Part shown: positions 52,101 through 64,000 of the stretch, piece after piece
Layout: every line of letters starts with the position of its first letter
Numbering within the stretch: position 1 is the first letter of the stretch
NCBI GenBank assembly: GCA_965285935.1
Contig: OZ260661.1
Span: 34,658,001 to 34,722,000, forward strand
Direction of reading: 5' to 3'
Origin: Ophelia neglecta
Taxonomy: Eukaryota
DNA length: 64,000 bases
Program-made: the position numbers and the translations under genes
The notes under the pieces: model-generated
The model's input: only the letters and a program-made list of their open reading frames with translations
Databases searched by the model: none
Told to the model about the DNA's origin: nothing

Positions 52101-54996
52101 AGTAAACAAATGACAAATTTGTAGGCCAAAAAGAGCTTTTAAACAATATTAACTAGGGAATTGCTGGCATTGCATAAATTAGTCAAGATCGTTTGGGGTC
52201 GTCTATCCAGAAACGCCTCTGCGGAAATTCCAATGGGACATATTGCCCGAATATTCTCATGTTTGTGTCAGATTCCTTAAATGCCATAGCCGGCACTAAG
52301 GTGCATATGTCTTAGCGACACTATGACTATGACTCAAAATAGCTGACAATAAAAAGTATACATATTATATCAAAAATACATCTGTTTCGTCGCACCACGG
52401 TTGTACGTGTAATGACTCCGTGACATGGTTACTAAGTAAGTGAAAGCTCAGTGATTGTTATCTTGCATTCGCTAACCAAGTGGTTAATACTTATTGATAT
52501 CAACTGTTTCTCGTGGTGACGGTGTATTGCTCAAAACACAAGCCTTCGAAATATCTAGTTTTCTCAAGCTTGCCATAAAAAATAAACTTGTATTAAAAGA
52601 AAATTGCTAGAAAAACCCTTAGCTGGAAAACGCATTCTTTAATTTTTTGTTTGAAATTGATTTTCGGGAGGCGTTATTTGCAATGCAATGAATATGGTTG
52701 TGGAATACCTTTAATGCGACACCTCCAAAATATGTTTCGGCTCTACTCCATTAGGTTATGTAGCCCCAATTTCCTCTCCAGTCCATTAGTCCCCCTAAGC
52801 TACCAAAGAAGGCGGCTTGACGACTTGCATTATAGCCAATTTCCATGTCTGTTATTGCATTATATTTTGGATAGTTTTGTATTGCAAAAACAATATCGGT
52901 GATCATTAATCGTGGGTATTCCTTTGTCGAGAAAAAGTTATGTTTTTCCGTATCCGTTCGTTTGTTGATTGGTATCCCGAGACTCATATAATTCTTACAC
53001 ATTTACCAAAAGGCAACTAACATAAGGAGTTAGCTGACGACTATTATTAACCACTGGATAAAAATGGAACACAAAAAATAGAATAGCAACGCTTTTGATT
53101 AGCTATTAATGGCCAGCACAGTTTGCAATGGCATAGGGCATGCAAGTGATGTCATCAAAAACAGTCGTTCATTTTGTAATACATTGAAAGAGTTCTAGTA
53201 TGGGTACAAGTTTACCAAACATCATTAAGGGTAATAATCCTACCAACACGAATTGAACAGGTATTTTGCCTTAGGCTAGGCTCTAATAAATCTGTCCCTC
53301 CATCTTGAATAGTTACCAGAAACATAGCGCTGTCATACAATCAATGTCATGTGTTGATATAAGGACATTCCTATGCGACGATCTTCTACGAATTCAAATT
53401 TTATATAAAGTTTTAATGGTATTACCCCGATTTACATTGGGCCTTCCCTCAGTTATAATGAAATGTAATTTGTGTACATTAGGATTGACAGTCAAATATG
53501 GATATCGTGTTGTTTATTTCGAGCCTGAACATTGTCCGTGAACAGGCAAATCATGTTTCTTGCTCTCCAAGTAATTAGACTAACGGTTTGCAGAAGACGA
53601 TGATGGATACCTGGCATCTAAATGTGGTTCACATCTGTTATTACACCAACACAAGCTTTCTTTATAATAACAATTAACAAGTATATAAAAACTGTCTATG
53701 GTTTGCAGTACGTAGGCCTATAAAATACTGGACAGAATGATCCGGTATGATCCATGTTTTCAATATATAATACGGTGGTTACTTATATTAATGGCGCCAC
53801 TTCACGGGCGAGCCCTAACCACGATTTAACAGGCCAAAGTCAGTGTATGCGGGCAACTTTCCGGTATCCTCATTCGCTGCAATATCATCCAATGGAACGC
53901 CGCCTAAATGTGTATATGTGGTATGCCCGTTAAAGGAGGTTAGTAACATAAGAGATGTCAGGGATCAAAACATGTCAAGTAAATATCCATTACTAAGTAT
54001 CATGTCCTTTTAATTGCTACTGTGTGCAGATATGCGTGTGGATTATCATATCCGGACTATTAAACAACGAATGGCTTTTTGTGGAAAAACAGGTTTGTAA
54101 ACGTACCGTGTAAAGTGTCGCTTGTGTCTCCCATGCATCACTGCCAAATTGGCTGCACAGTTCGTTCGACAACAAATTAACTGTGCTTTATCTCTGATAG
54201 AGCAGCCCAGAACAAAGGCAAGGGAATCAAAGGGCCGTCAAATTTTTATTGGTGAGTGAGTCCCTCTCATGGGAATACCAAGCAGGGAAAGCCTCAGTCA
54301 CAGGCACACGTGAGCCCGGCATAATTCACATGTGCTCAAGACTCAAACGCTGAAATCGTGCCTGTCCCAAAGTTTTTTTTATACAATGCCATTAAAGTTG
54401 TAAGCTTGCTCATGGTCCGTAAAAAAAACCACGTCAAATTAAATACTACTGTATGAAAAAAAAAGATCTTAGTTTCATTTTTTCCTCAAAAATCTAGTAT
54501 ACAGTAATATGGGCGGTTGAACATGTCATATCAAACGGAATGCCCTGCTGTCACATATTGATTAGGATAAACTAGCTGAAGCAAGAAATGGCAATGCCAT
54601 CAGGTCCCAATAAAAGTCGTCCGTAACGCCTATATTATCAAGCAAATAATTGTAAGTGATGAAATATTGATAAATAATTGTTTAATGTAAGTGAACATTG
54701 TTTCTATTGTGACACATTTGCTTTCTGGTACGAGCTGTCTTTCCCGCAAGACGCAAGCCGTTATGTACAACAGTGTTTAAGCCTATGTGCATGGCGGCCG
54801 GCAACGGGTTTGTAGCAGTTAGACCACTCACAAACATTGTCCGCCTGTATCTCGGAACGTATTGGCGGTTGTTCTAAATGGGCCACAAGTCAGACTTTAG
54901 GAAAAATCTGATGTTGAACTGAATATCAGCCTTGAGCATGTATCAGTTGTCGAATGTCAATATTAAAGAGATTATTTGTGTCATGTTTTGGAAGAT

Positions 54997-56770
54997 TAGG
55001 CTTAGAAATTTGCGTGTCGCGGTCGATTCAAAACCTCAATTGTGTGTCGATCGTGTCGATTTTAAATAGGTCGTGTCGATGTGTCGAAGATTACCCATGT
55101 TAATTTACATATAAAGAAGGTGCTGAACAAAAAATTGCGTTTGCTCAACCACGGGGCAGTTTATTCCAACTATTGGTTTTGATGCGAACTCTCTGATAAC
55201 TGTACAGTCATCAGTCAGTCTGTCGTCAATTAAATGCTTCTGTCGATCTTACCGGCTGAGGTATGCCAAAAAATACGTTACGTCTCCTGCACGTGATACG
55301 CCTTAGGCTTGTGAGTCCTGGACTGTTGTCGTTTGGTCAGAAAACTTTCAACTTTTAGTACATTAATTTGTTTCGGTCTAATATCTCGTAGCTGATTTAA
55401 CACATGGGCTTGCTGACTAATCATTGTGTCGGACAGTGGGTGCTTGTTTCTGATGATTTCGGAGAGACTTAATGGACTATTCTGACTAATAATTTGGTTT
55501 TCTCTGCATACCTGAACGGGTACTCGGTACCCGTGAGAGACATTGTTTTCCTAAACTTAGTTGCAAAACCGCTTTCCTATTTCTACTCGGATATGTAAAA
55601 AGTGAAAACAAAAAAGTTATCATTTTCGATTTTGAAATGATTAACTAAATATTATATATTTAAAGTGGCCCAGTTTTGTACTCAATGTTTTTAATAATGT
55701 ATAACGAATACATATTTTAAACGAAGCGTATATGTGTATAGCTACCCCTTCCGGGCTAATACCGTTGGAGTGGATTTTGAATTTGACTGCGTAATATCAG
55801 TGCTGAAACCAAAGCAGGAACACTAGGAGTTGACCGTAACAGTTAGTGCCGCTATATTAAGACCTTCTCTATTATCCAAAAAAGCATATTCTTAGCATTC
55901 CTTCAAAACTAATTATATCAATTTATTTTCTCTAAGTGATACTAGTGATTTGTTTTTAGATGTGCATCGGCAACGAGATATTACATGCATTAATTACTTT
56001 TATATGTGTCCTAAGCATCTGATGTATCTTAAACACATATCGAATATTCAGTATATTACTTGGCTATAACAGTATCAATCTCGTTCAAGCAGCTTGCCGC
56101 AATGCCTATGCCAGTTCGTGCCGAACGAATACTTTTTTTAACTGCTGTGTGTACCTTACCCATCAATTTCTCTTCATGAATGATAAAATATGCCAGTAAA
56201 TTTGCTCTCTGGCCCGGAAGTAGCATCGCAGGTGTTTGAACACTACATGTGCTTCCTGTTCCACTGAATTCGTCCGCTTGGGTCAAATATTGCGTTCAGG
56301 TCTTGCCAAGCCCCAACATATTGTCTCAATGTACATGTATTAGACTGGCGATTGACAACTTCGACATTTAGTTTTACTGGCGAGTTAGATAACTAAATCG
56401 CTCGAATACTTTGGATTTTTGCATTATTTAAGCCAATTCCCGAAAATGGTGTTGTTAATGGCAGTGTGTGCCTGCTTTCATCAAGTTTTAATGAAGGCAG
56501 TGGTTTAGTGTTTGATATAAAAACAGGAAACCAAAAATCCAGGTTCAAGGTCGAAACTGAATTAATACAACCCGCACATGTGCAGGGCGCCTTTCGTTCC
56601 AGGGATAGAATTGATCGCGTAGAGTTCAAACACCATTACATGATTGAAAACAGCCATTTACGTCAATAATCGACACTATAGTCATTACCAGGTTATTGAC
56701 ATTATGGTACTGATTTTGATGTGTCCTAATGTGTCTATGACGCAACAGCCGACACAACATTGAGATTTCA
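54997..56770 (-). mobile_element. Decayed hAT-like DNA transposon (ZNF862/C17orf113-type transposase remnants)
   Basis: Minus-strand remnants in the expected order: AYFIIHEEKLMGK, YSICV*DTSDA, CFGFSTD, LMTVQLSES and NSWNK. The left end begins TAGGCTTAG and has five GTGTCG repeats (55014-55086). 55031-55049 matches 56750-56768 as an inverted repeat at 16/19. No TSD seen; the right boundary is uncertain. Confidence 0.62.
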
Positions 56771-57274
56771 TAAAGGCAGTGGAAATTGACATCTGAATTA
56801 AATTATCAATAATATATATATACTATAAGTAGTATATTATAACCATATTATTAAATGCAAATTACTGGAAATAAACCAGGAACAATTTATTCTAAGATAG
56901 AGGTAAGGACAGAATTAAGTAGCAATTTTTGATAGGCCTCATTTGTAGACTAGGCCAACCATACTAAATCGTCAACAGGGCAGGATCTCTTAAACCTATG
57001 ATTCACACATTATGCAGTATGCCATGTTTGATGATATGTGCAATCAGGTGATGTTCAGATCTAAACTCATGTTACTCCCAGTATGGAAACTAAACAAGTA
57101 TTATGGATGAAAATGAAAAAAATAGTGAGAAACTAAAATCGAAATTGGAGAGAACGTTTAAGTTTGTACGCATTTCAAAAAAAAGCCAAGATAATTTTTC
57201 CCCTATAGAACTATATATGTTATATTTCGCGGACATATTAGGAATCAATTAAAACACATAAAAACTTAAGACCA

Positions 57275-58160
57275 GTTGTGCAACGGGACGAGCTGTTGAA
57301 CGCCTTCCCTGAAATCGATGAAGTTAATGCACAGCGTGTTGTACCACTCCAAGCGCTGCCCAATGATGTACCTAAGTTCAAATATTTGACCCGCACAGCC
57401 TATTCCTTTCCTGAAACCTGTGTGTCTTCCCTCAGCTGTCTATCAATAGCTGCGTCCATTCTCAGAAAAATCTACAGAAACCTTTTTATGTGGAATTATT
57501 AAAAATATGCCCCCAGCTTCAATGAAGCCTTTCGTGGAAGGCTCACTTGAATTGGTGGTATTATTTACATTTAGGGACATCCTTTCTTAGTGGTGAAGTA
57601 GCAGTGTTTTCTGGTTCAGCACACTTGAGAACCGCGGAAAGGTGCTGTACTCATGTTTCTGCCTGTTCTCCCCCCGTTGCAAAGTATTGCTATTTTTGTT
57701 CAACTTGGACACCTTGACTGGTGGTTTTACCAAAAAGTTGCCGTCTGATGTTTAAGACAGTTAATTTTTCCGATGACCGCGCCCTGTTCTGATTTATTTG
57801 CCAGCTCCTCTACCAAAGATCCTTTCTTAGCGTTCGTATTACCTGTATCATTGTGTTTATAGTATTTCTAAACCTCCTCACGGAGTCATGGTTATTTGGT
57901 TCTCAGTCCTATTCTGACTTCTATCTTCTACAATGTACGAAATGTAAGTCACTCCTTTGTTTTTTCCTCTTTCTGTAGACTAGGACATCTCAGGAGTTCC
58001 AATTTGTTGTGTGAGTGTCCTGCCTAGATCCCCCATCCCCAACTCACCCCACCTCAATTCCCGTTCTTTTGGCCAGGACGAGGAAACGATGTCTCACCTC
58101 AAGGTCAAACTCTTCATTGATCTTTAGATATTACAGTTTGACAGTGTTAATTATCTATTG
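57275..58160 (-). mobile_element. Decayed RTE-clade LINE fragment (linker plus RT domains 1-3, internally deleted)
   Basis: Minus-strand translation gives INEEFDLEVRHRFLVL, LVEELANKSEQGA, EQAET*VQHLSAVLK, RMDAAIDRQLRE and GFRKGIGCAGQIFELRYIIGQRLEWYNTLCINFIDF/KAFNS. This resembles the RTE consensus 'LR.EQAGFR..R.C.DQIF.LR.IIEQ..EW...L.INF.DF.KAFDS'. Confidence 0.88.
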
Positions 58161-58729
58161 CTATGGTTCTGGGGTCTCGTTTTCCCATATGTAGGAAAGA
58201 CATATACAGGCAAATCAAAGTTTAAATGTTACCGTCGAGTATAAAAGGTGAGATGAAATAACAAGTGTTATTGAGAAAGTTAATCAAACAGAATATATGA
58301 GTAAAAGTAGAAACAACAACAAGGATACACATGATATATTATTATATTTTGATTAACACCATTTAACATCAGTGTATTTTCACCGTTGTAACATGACTTT
58401 TGACATACTAATGGTATAGTTTCGGATAATTCCACATCATTGTAAACTCGATTAAAATAACTATAAATATTTGCCTCATATTCAGATATTATTCATGCGC
58501 AGAAAGCTTACAAGCATATTTACATTGCCGGAAATAGGCGGGACCGCACTACATCATAATCTGCCATTGGTAATACATTTAACTTTGCCACTGGTAATTC
58601 ACATTTAAATTAAAAGAAGATAAAAATATCAGTATTTGACTTTCGTTTATGAACTATAACGTATCATGCTATATTACACAAAAAATAAATAAAATTATAC
58701 CTTCACTGATATAATAAAATTATTGATGA

Positions 58730-59868
58730 TTTATTTATTTGAAAGTTTCAACTTTTTAGTTCATTATTACTGTAAATAGCGGCTTCAGTACCTAATTTTT
58801 ATTATTGATTGTACTGCCTATTTCTTTAATCCTGTCTACTGAATTATGAATATGGCAGATGAAATAAAGATATAATACAAGTAAATATCTTGCGCGATAA
58901 CTTTCTTTATTTAGTAACTATTCGCTTCTGATATTGGTATCACCTTAGTAGCTACAGGTTTGTTACTATAACACTGATGTTCGATATAAGAATAAAATTG
59001 TAAAAGACATATCACATTTAAACACCTAGTAGGGCAATACATTATCAATGCGATGTTAGTTTAAACATGCCATGTCTAGGATTAGATAAAACAATAGGCT
59101 GAATATACTGACAACAGTTCACTACTTGTACCCGCTTCTGAACTTGCAGAATATCATTTTTCAAGTGCAAAAGGCTGAAAGGTGTGCAAGGGTGTCCATT
59201 GTAAGTAAAGGGCAGGACAAAATATCAAATAGTGGTTAAAAGCTGTACGAGGAACTGAAAGCTATGAGCGTTGCGTCTTTTAGTTGCATGTACGAATAGC
59301 ACGTGCTAGCATATTAATATATATACAAGCAGCTCTAGGGGCTTTATATACGCTTTAAATAAATTTGTATTCAGCTTTCATACACAAAAGGCATTTAAAC
59401 AAAACGCGATAAGTCGGATACATTATTATAAAGTTATCGTTAGAAAATGAACGGTCTTTTCTTTCACATATATTTTAAATATTCAAAGTTTATAGGTGTA
59501 TAATCCAAATCCGTCATATATTGAAATCCTCGCAATGTTAGAAACAATATTCATTTGTATAACACACGTATATTGATGGGCTACATGAAATAGGAAATTA
59601 GAAATAAATGTGCGTGTTTCAAGTTTCTGAGCACTTTGGCTTACGTTCAGCCTTCCAGTCAGATATGAAGAATTAAACTGAGCAATATGTACATCCGGAC
59701 ATCACTGGAGCATTCGCGATCTAGGTCAACGGCGGAGATTGCTGATTCAAAGAACTGTCACTTACTGATTCCTTAAAGAACTTAATCCTTTACAGAAACC
59801 AAGTCAATCAATCCATTATTTTCTTAGCAATTGGCAATGTACACATTTGGGACGCGTTTCCTATCTTT
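58730..59868 (-). other. Probable 3' UTR of the mGluR gene with candidate poly(A) signals
   Basis: AT-rich sequence after the stop codon. Minus-strand AATAAA hexamers at 58911-58906, 58803-58798 and 58739-58730. The true 3' end cannot be determined from sequence alone. Confidence 0.45.
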
Positions 59869-60032
59869 TTACACATTTGTTTCAGGGTCCGAGTTATCTT
59901 GGCATGAACTATCTAAATCCTTCAAAGACTCACACTTATCAGAATCAGAGGTCACACCTTGGCTCTGACTTCCTGTCCCCTTCTCTCGTTCGCGATTTTT
60001 GGTACCCTGTGCTATCAACAACGCTAGGCCAG
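59869..60032 (-). CDS. mGluR: Metabotropic glutamate receptor, probable last coding exon (distal C-tail ending ...DPETNV*)
   Basis: Strong acceptor tatttttctttgcag| in the phase required by the previous exon. Ser/Asp-rich tail with TAA at 59871-59869. The terminal E-T-N-V fits a class I PDZ ligand. Confidence 0.8.
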
Positions 60033-60513
60033 CTGCAAAGAAAAATATAAATATAAGCAAACCATGTCCGAGCCTTGTACTTATTTAGACATGTGGTAAT
60101 TCCTCAGAGTTAATATAAAATGGGATTGGATAAAAGGAAGACAAAGCAAAATAATAAATCAACCTTAAACATTATATCGGACCATATTCAGCAGGAACCG
60201 CAAGATGCAGGCTCTCAAATACCAAACTCCAACAGCCCGATGATAAATAATGTTATATTATATTATTTGAAAATTATGTATGTGGGGCTGTGGCTGCTGT
60301 TTTCTGATAATTATGGACTGATTTAATGAATTAATATTGATCAATGATTTGGCTTTTTCCGCAATGAAAATACTCAAAGGTATACATAAAAAATACCAAT
60401 AATACGCATGACGAGGGACCATAATAAAATGGAGTTTACTTTTCTAACATGTCCTTATGGACTTTCTAACTCAATGAGGAAAGAAGAGAACTGATTAAAT
60501 AAAAATCGCTCAC

Positions 60514-60733
60514 TTGGGGAGGTAACACCACCATTCATACTCATTGCGCCCATAATGCCCGAAGATTGACGCCCAAAGAATGCTCTTCCGCCCGCCCCAA
60601 GCGCACCCTTGCTACCTGCTCGGACGTTTTTGTGTGGCTGGAACAGGACAATGTAGACTTTTGGCACAAACATGCAGCCCAGCGTCACGGTAGCACTTAT
60701 ACTCACACACATACATAGCGCCGTTATCTGCAC
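60514..60733 (-). CDS. mGluR: Metabotropic glutamate receptor exon: TM7 and proximal C-tail
   Basis: VQITALCMCVSISATVTLGCMFVPKVYIVLFQPHKNV matches the mGluR TM7 'F.PK.YI.LF.P.KNV' motif. Acceptor ttttccccgactag|GTG, donor CCAA|gtgagc (phase 1). Confidence 0.95.
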
Positions 60734-61017
60734 CTAGTCGGGGAAAATATAGTTAATAAGAAAGCGTATCTTCATAACTTATATTCTTAAGTAATAATTC
60801 TCCCATCGCCATAGTTTATTTTGTCAGATGTTAATTATCAACGTTTATCATAATTAACCAAACCGATATATCAATCGATGCCATCTTATTGGGATATTAA
60901 TGATTCCCTGCACCATCGCCGTTTCATTAATAATCATTATAAGTAGATTATGACGAACTTTGAAATACTTCTTAAAGGCAGCTTTCCCAATCGTCTATCT
61001 AATAAAGATATACTTGC

Positions 61018-61945
61018 CCTAAAATCACTTTTATTAGTCCCAAAGTATATCGGAATAAATGCCAGCCAAACAATGCAGGTTGAGTACATGGTGAATGCGA
61101 TATATTTGGCTTCATTAAAGTTCTCAGGTATTTTCCTAGTTTTGAATGCGTATACAGTGCACATAATAATAAGAACCATGTTATATAACAGACTAAGCAC
61201 TACGGAGAAATTTGTACTCCGACAGCTGAGCACAACAGACGTCCTGTCTGGATATAACAAAGTAGTTCCTGGTAGTTCCATTCCTATCCACGTGATGGCC
61301 CCAATGATCTGGACTGATACCAAGCATGCGCAAATGACAAGTTGCGACTTGGGGCTGGTATAGCTCGGACGTTTCACCATAGCCTTGACCCCGCGATTAA
61401 AGATGCGGGAGATTCGATTGGTTTTGGTGAACATGGCCGCGTAGCACATACTCAACGACAGACCAAGCCCTAGTCGCAGTATTGTACAAGTCACTAGTGT
61501 AGGTCTGGCAACCATAATGAAGGTCATTCCATAAGACAATAGCAATCCCATCATCAGAACATAACACAACTCGCGTCCAGACGCCATTATTACGGGTGTG
61601 CTGTTGAAACGGACAAACACCACAACGATAAACAGAGTCGACATGATACCAAACGCCGCTACCACCACTGGTACTATAGCCCATGGTGAGGCCAGGGTCA
61701 TGTATTCTATTGGCAAGCGAATGCATTCGCGTTTGTCAGCATCTGGATACGATCCGTTTGGGCATGCCTCACACGTGTGAATATCTACCAGAATCTCATA
61801 CTCCACGCATTTGACACATATCCAACAGCAAGAATCAGCCTCATTTTTCATAACATATCCTGGCTTACACGGTTCACTGCACACAGAGCGAGGTGGAGTA
61901 ACGTCTCGGTGTTTCCAAATCGTTCGTTCTCGGTCGAGGACGAAT
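61018..61945 (-). CDS. mGluR: Metabotropic glutamate receptor, large exon: nine-cysteine domain plus TM1-TM6
   Basis: Contains SVCSEPC...CCWICVKC...C..CP...C (9 Cys), TPVIMASGRELCYVL, TKTNRISRIF and YAFKTRKIPENFNEAKYIAFTMYSTCIVWLAFIPIYFGT. Acceptor atttgtag|A (phase 2), donor AGG|gcaagt (GC type, phase 0). Confidence 0.97.
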
Positions 61946-62911
61946 CTACAAATCAGTAGAGGGGCACACGTGTAAATATAATGAAATATACCCAAATAGT
62001 TGATGTATTGTTAGGTGTTGTTTGCCCAAAACAAGTTGGATGTTAATATGAAAATGATCTACTTCGTTTAACCAATACTAATGTATGTTGCAAAGTACGA
62101 GATTCGGAATACTGTTTGCACAGCAGACAGACGTGCGTTTGTATCAATAAACTGATTCCAAAATGACTTCAATCGAAGATTGACAGAAAATACAATTAAA
62201 CTCAATTCAATACTAATTGTCAGTTGTTTACAGGCTGTAATTCAAATTAACTCGCGCATCAAATATGTTATGTGCATAATATAACTCAGTCATGCATCGA
62301 GTAGCCTAACGTGTGTAAAAACACATCCTTGTTTCTCTCGATATAAATTATGCGTATGAATTGATTATTTGTGTACAGACTTACTTCCTCATCGTCCTCC
62401 TTGCTCGACCGCCCCATCCCCTTCCCATAGTCACCATTTTTATTCCATAATAGTTTAGTAATCATTGAAAATGAAATGAGCTGCGATGTGGACGCTTATA
62501 CGGTTAAATGCACATCAATTACTCAATAAATCCGCCCGTGGTAATAAGTTTATGAGATTCTGCTAAAGTATGCATTACAATTGCGAATACCTATGCATTA
62601 AAATAAACATTTTTAGGAATGTGGAAAGTTTAATACATTGCGAGAGGGTAGATGAATTCCGGATTGCCTTGGCAAATGTGACTAGTTCTCTAGAAAGCTC
62701 CCTCTACGTCACATATTTATTACAGGCGCTAAGCTTTCTGAACAGAATACCACGCAAACCTAAATTCGTATTACTGTGCGTGTCACCTTAACAGCAAACT
62801 TTCCAATGTAAAAACACTTACACGTTTAAAATGTGTTCAAACAATGCGAGAAACGTTTTCAACAATTCTATATCTACTTACATATTTTAATGGCTTAAAG
62901 TCGTATCTCAC

Positions 62912-63035
62912 CTATCCGACCAGTTCCCAATGGGAACGTAGTCATATCTTCCGTTTAGCTGCCTTTGATACTGATAAATTGTGTAACGTCCCATCGCATC
63001 ACCATTTTCGTTGAATTTAACTTTTCCAGAATGAC
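62912..63035 (-). CDS. mGluR: Metabotropic glutamate receptor, internal exon (end of Venus-flytrap domain); upstream exons lie beyond this window
   Basis: Encodes [41 protein letters not shown](R), matching the mGluR 'V.F..NGD..GRY.I.Q.Q....Y.Y..IG.W' motif. Acceptor cacctag|G, donor AG|gtgag. The phase-2 end matches the next exon. Confidence 0.93.
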
Positions 63036-64000
63036 CTAGGTGAGGTGGTGAAAGCACAATCAGAGCGTCGTGTGATATATAGGAGACCCATATGCCAATG
63101 TAGATGATTATTATATTACAGTTCACCATACTGTCTTTAAAGATGAGCTGCCTCAAAGACTATACTTATTGTCATGGCAAATTGTTCTGTTAAATCCACC
63201 CAGGACGAATTTTATTGACTATTCTACTTAAATCCTACTTTTACGATATAAAAAGCAGCTATTACAAGAGGCTAATTAGTAAACAGTCAAAGGATAGATA
63301 AAGGCGAGGAAATCTATACTATATCTAATACACTTACATTCTGAACACAATGGCAACTCTACAGCCATGCCCAATCTCGCTATCCAAAAAACTAGAAAAA
63401 TGCGCAGTGCGCAGGTCCCACTAATCCATAATTCATGCTTGTAAGCAGGATGCAAATCAATGAAGCAAAACTGTGTGCTTTGTGTGTAACAAGGACAAAA
63501 ATAAAGAGATTGCAATAACTGAATCCGGCAAAAAGTATTGCAGTGTTTTGTTAATATTTCCCAATTAATAAGTACATCACAGTTCTTATATTATAAATTG
63601 GTTAATATATTGTTTTCAGTTACAGAAAGCACTTCACTAACAAGTATACCAAAATGCTTGTTCTTTCAAATGTTTGCCACAAATGCACACACTGTGAATG
63701 CTACTGAAGGATAAGCGGGAGAACGCTTATATGGATCTATATGAAATACCGATAGGTATCTAATGGTTCAATATTCTAATTTACATTTTGATTTTTTTGT
63801 AGGTAATCGAAATGAGTAGATACATATACGATGCAGTATATATAGTTGGAACTCGGCGGGAACAACGTTGGAATTTTAAATAATGGGTGTACACTGAAGT
63901 GCTAAAAATAATGCATTCCGCGGTTCGAACCACTTGCCCACTAACCAATAAAAGAAACCTTTCTGATATGTTTTAGTAATTGCGGCCCGGCCACAGGAAG

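Noticed and set aside
60950-61959. Overlapping ORFs 60950-61363, 61397-61726, 61598-61780 and 61777-61959
   Set aside because: They are antisense or alternative frames of the mGluR exon.
63276-63515. Possible further mGluR exon with donor GAAT|gtaagt near 63339
   Set aside because: The phase-compatible translation (..WIARLGMAVELPLCSE) does not resemble the expected flytrap sequence ('LC..M....G..L...I..V.F'), so it is treated as intron.

Overview
AT-rich animal (eukaryotic) genomic DNA, probably an invertebrate such as a lophotrochozoan; the taxon is inferred from repeat content and was not established. The only host gene I can support is the 3' half of a metabotropic glutamate receptor (class C GPCR) on the minus strand. 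It has four coding exons: 63035-62912, 61945-61018, 60733-60514 and 60032-59869. The exons join in frame only if the intron after the large CRD/7TM exon uses a non-canonical GC donor, and the protein ends in a PDZ-type motif (-ETNV). The remaining ~58 kb is gene-poor and carries transposable elements of different ages. These are: a young, 5'-truncated RTE-X-like LINE with an unbroken 671-aa RT ORF (16.8-18.9 kb); a decayed LINE of the same type that still shows the endonuclease (3.2-4.8 kb); a decayed RTE LINE (57.3-58.2 kb); and a decayed hAT-like DNA transposon (55.0-56.8 kb). There are also small tandem and dispersed repeats and G-rich tracts. I see no CRISPR array, rRNA, intact tRNA or operon-like system, and no convincing novel multi-gene system. 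All family assignments come from manual translation and recalled motifs, not database searches.
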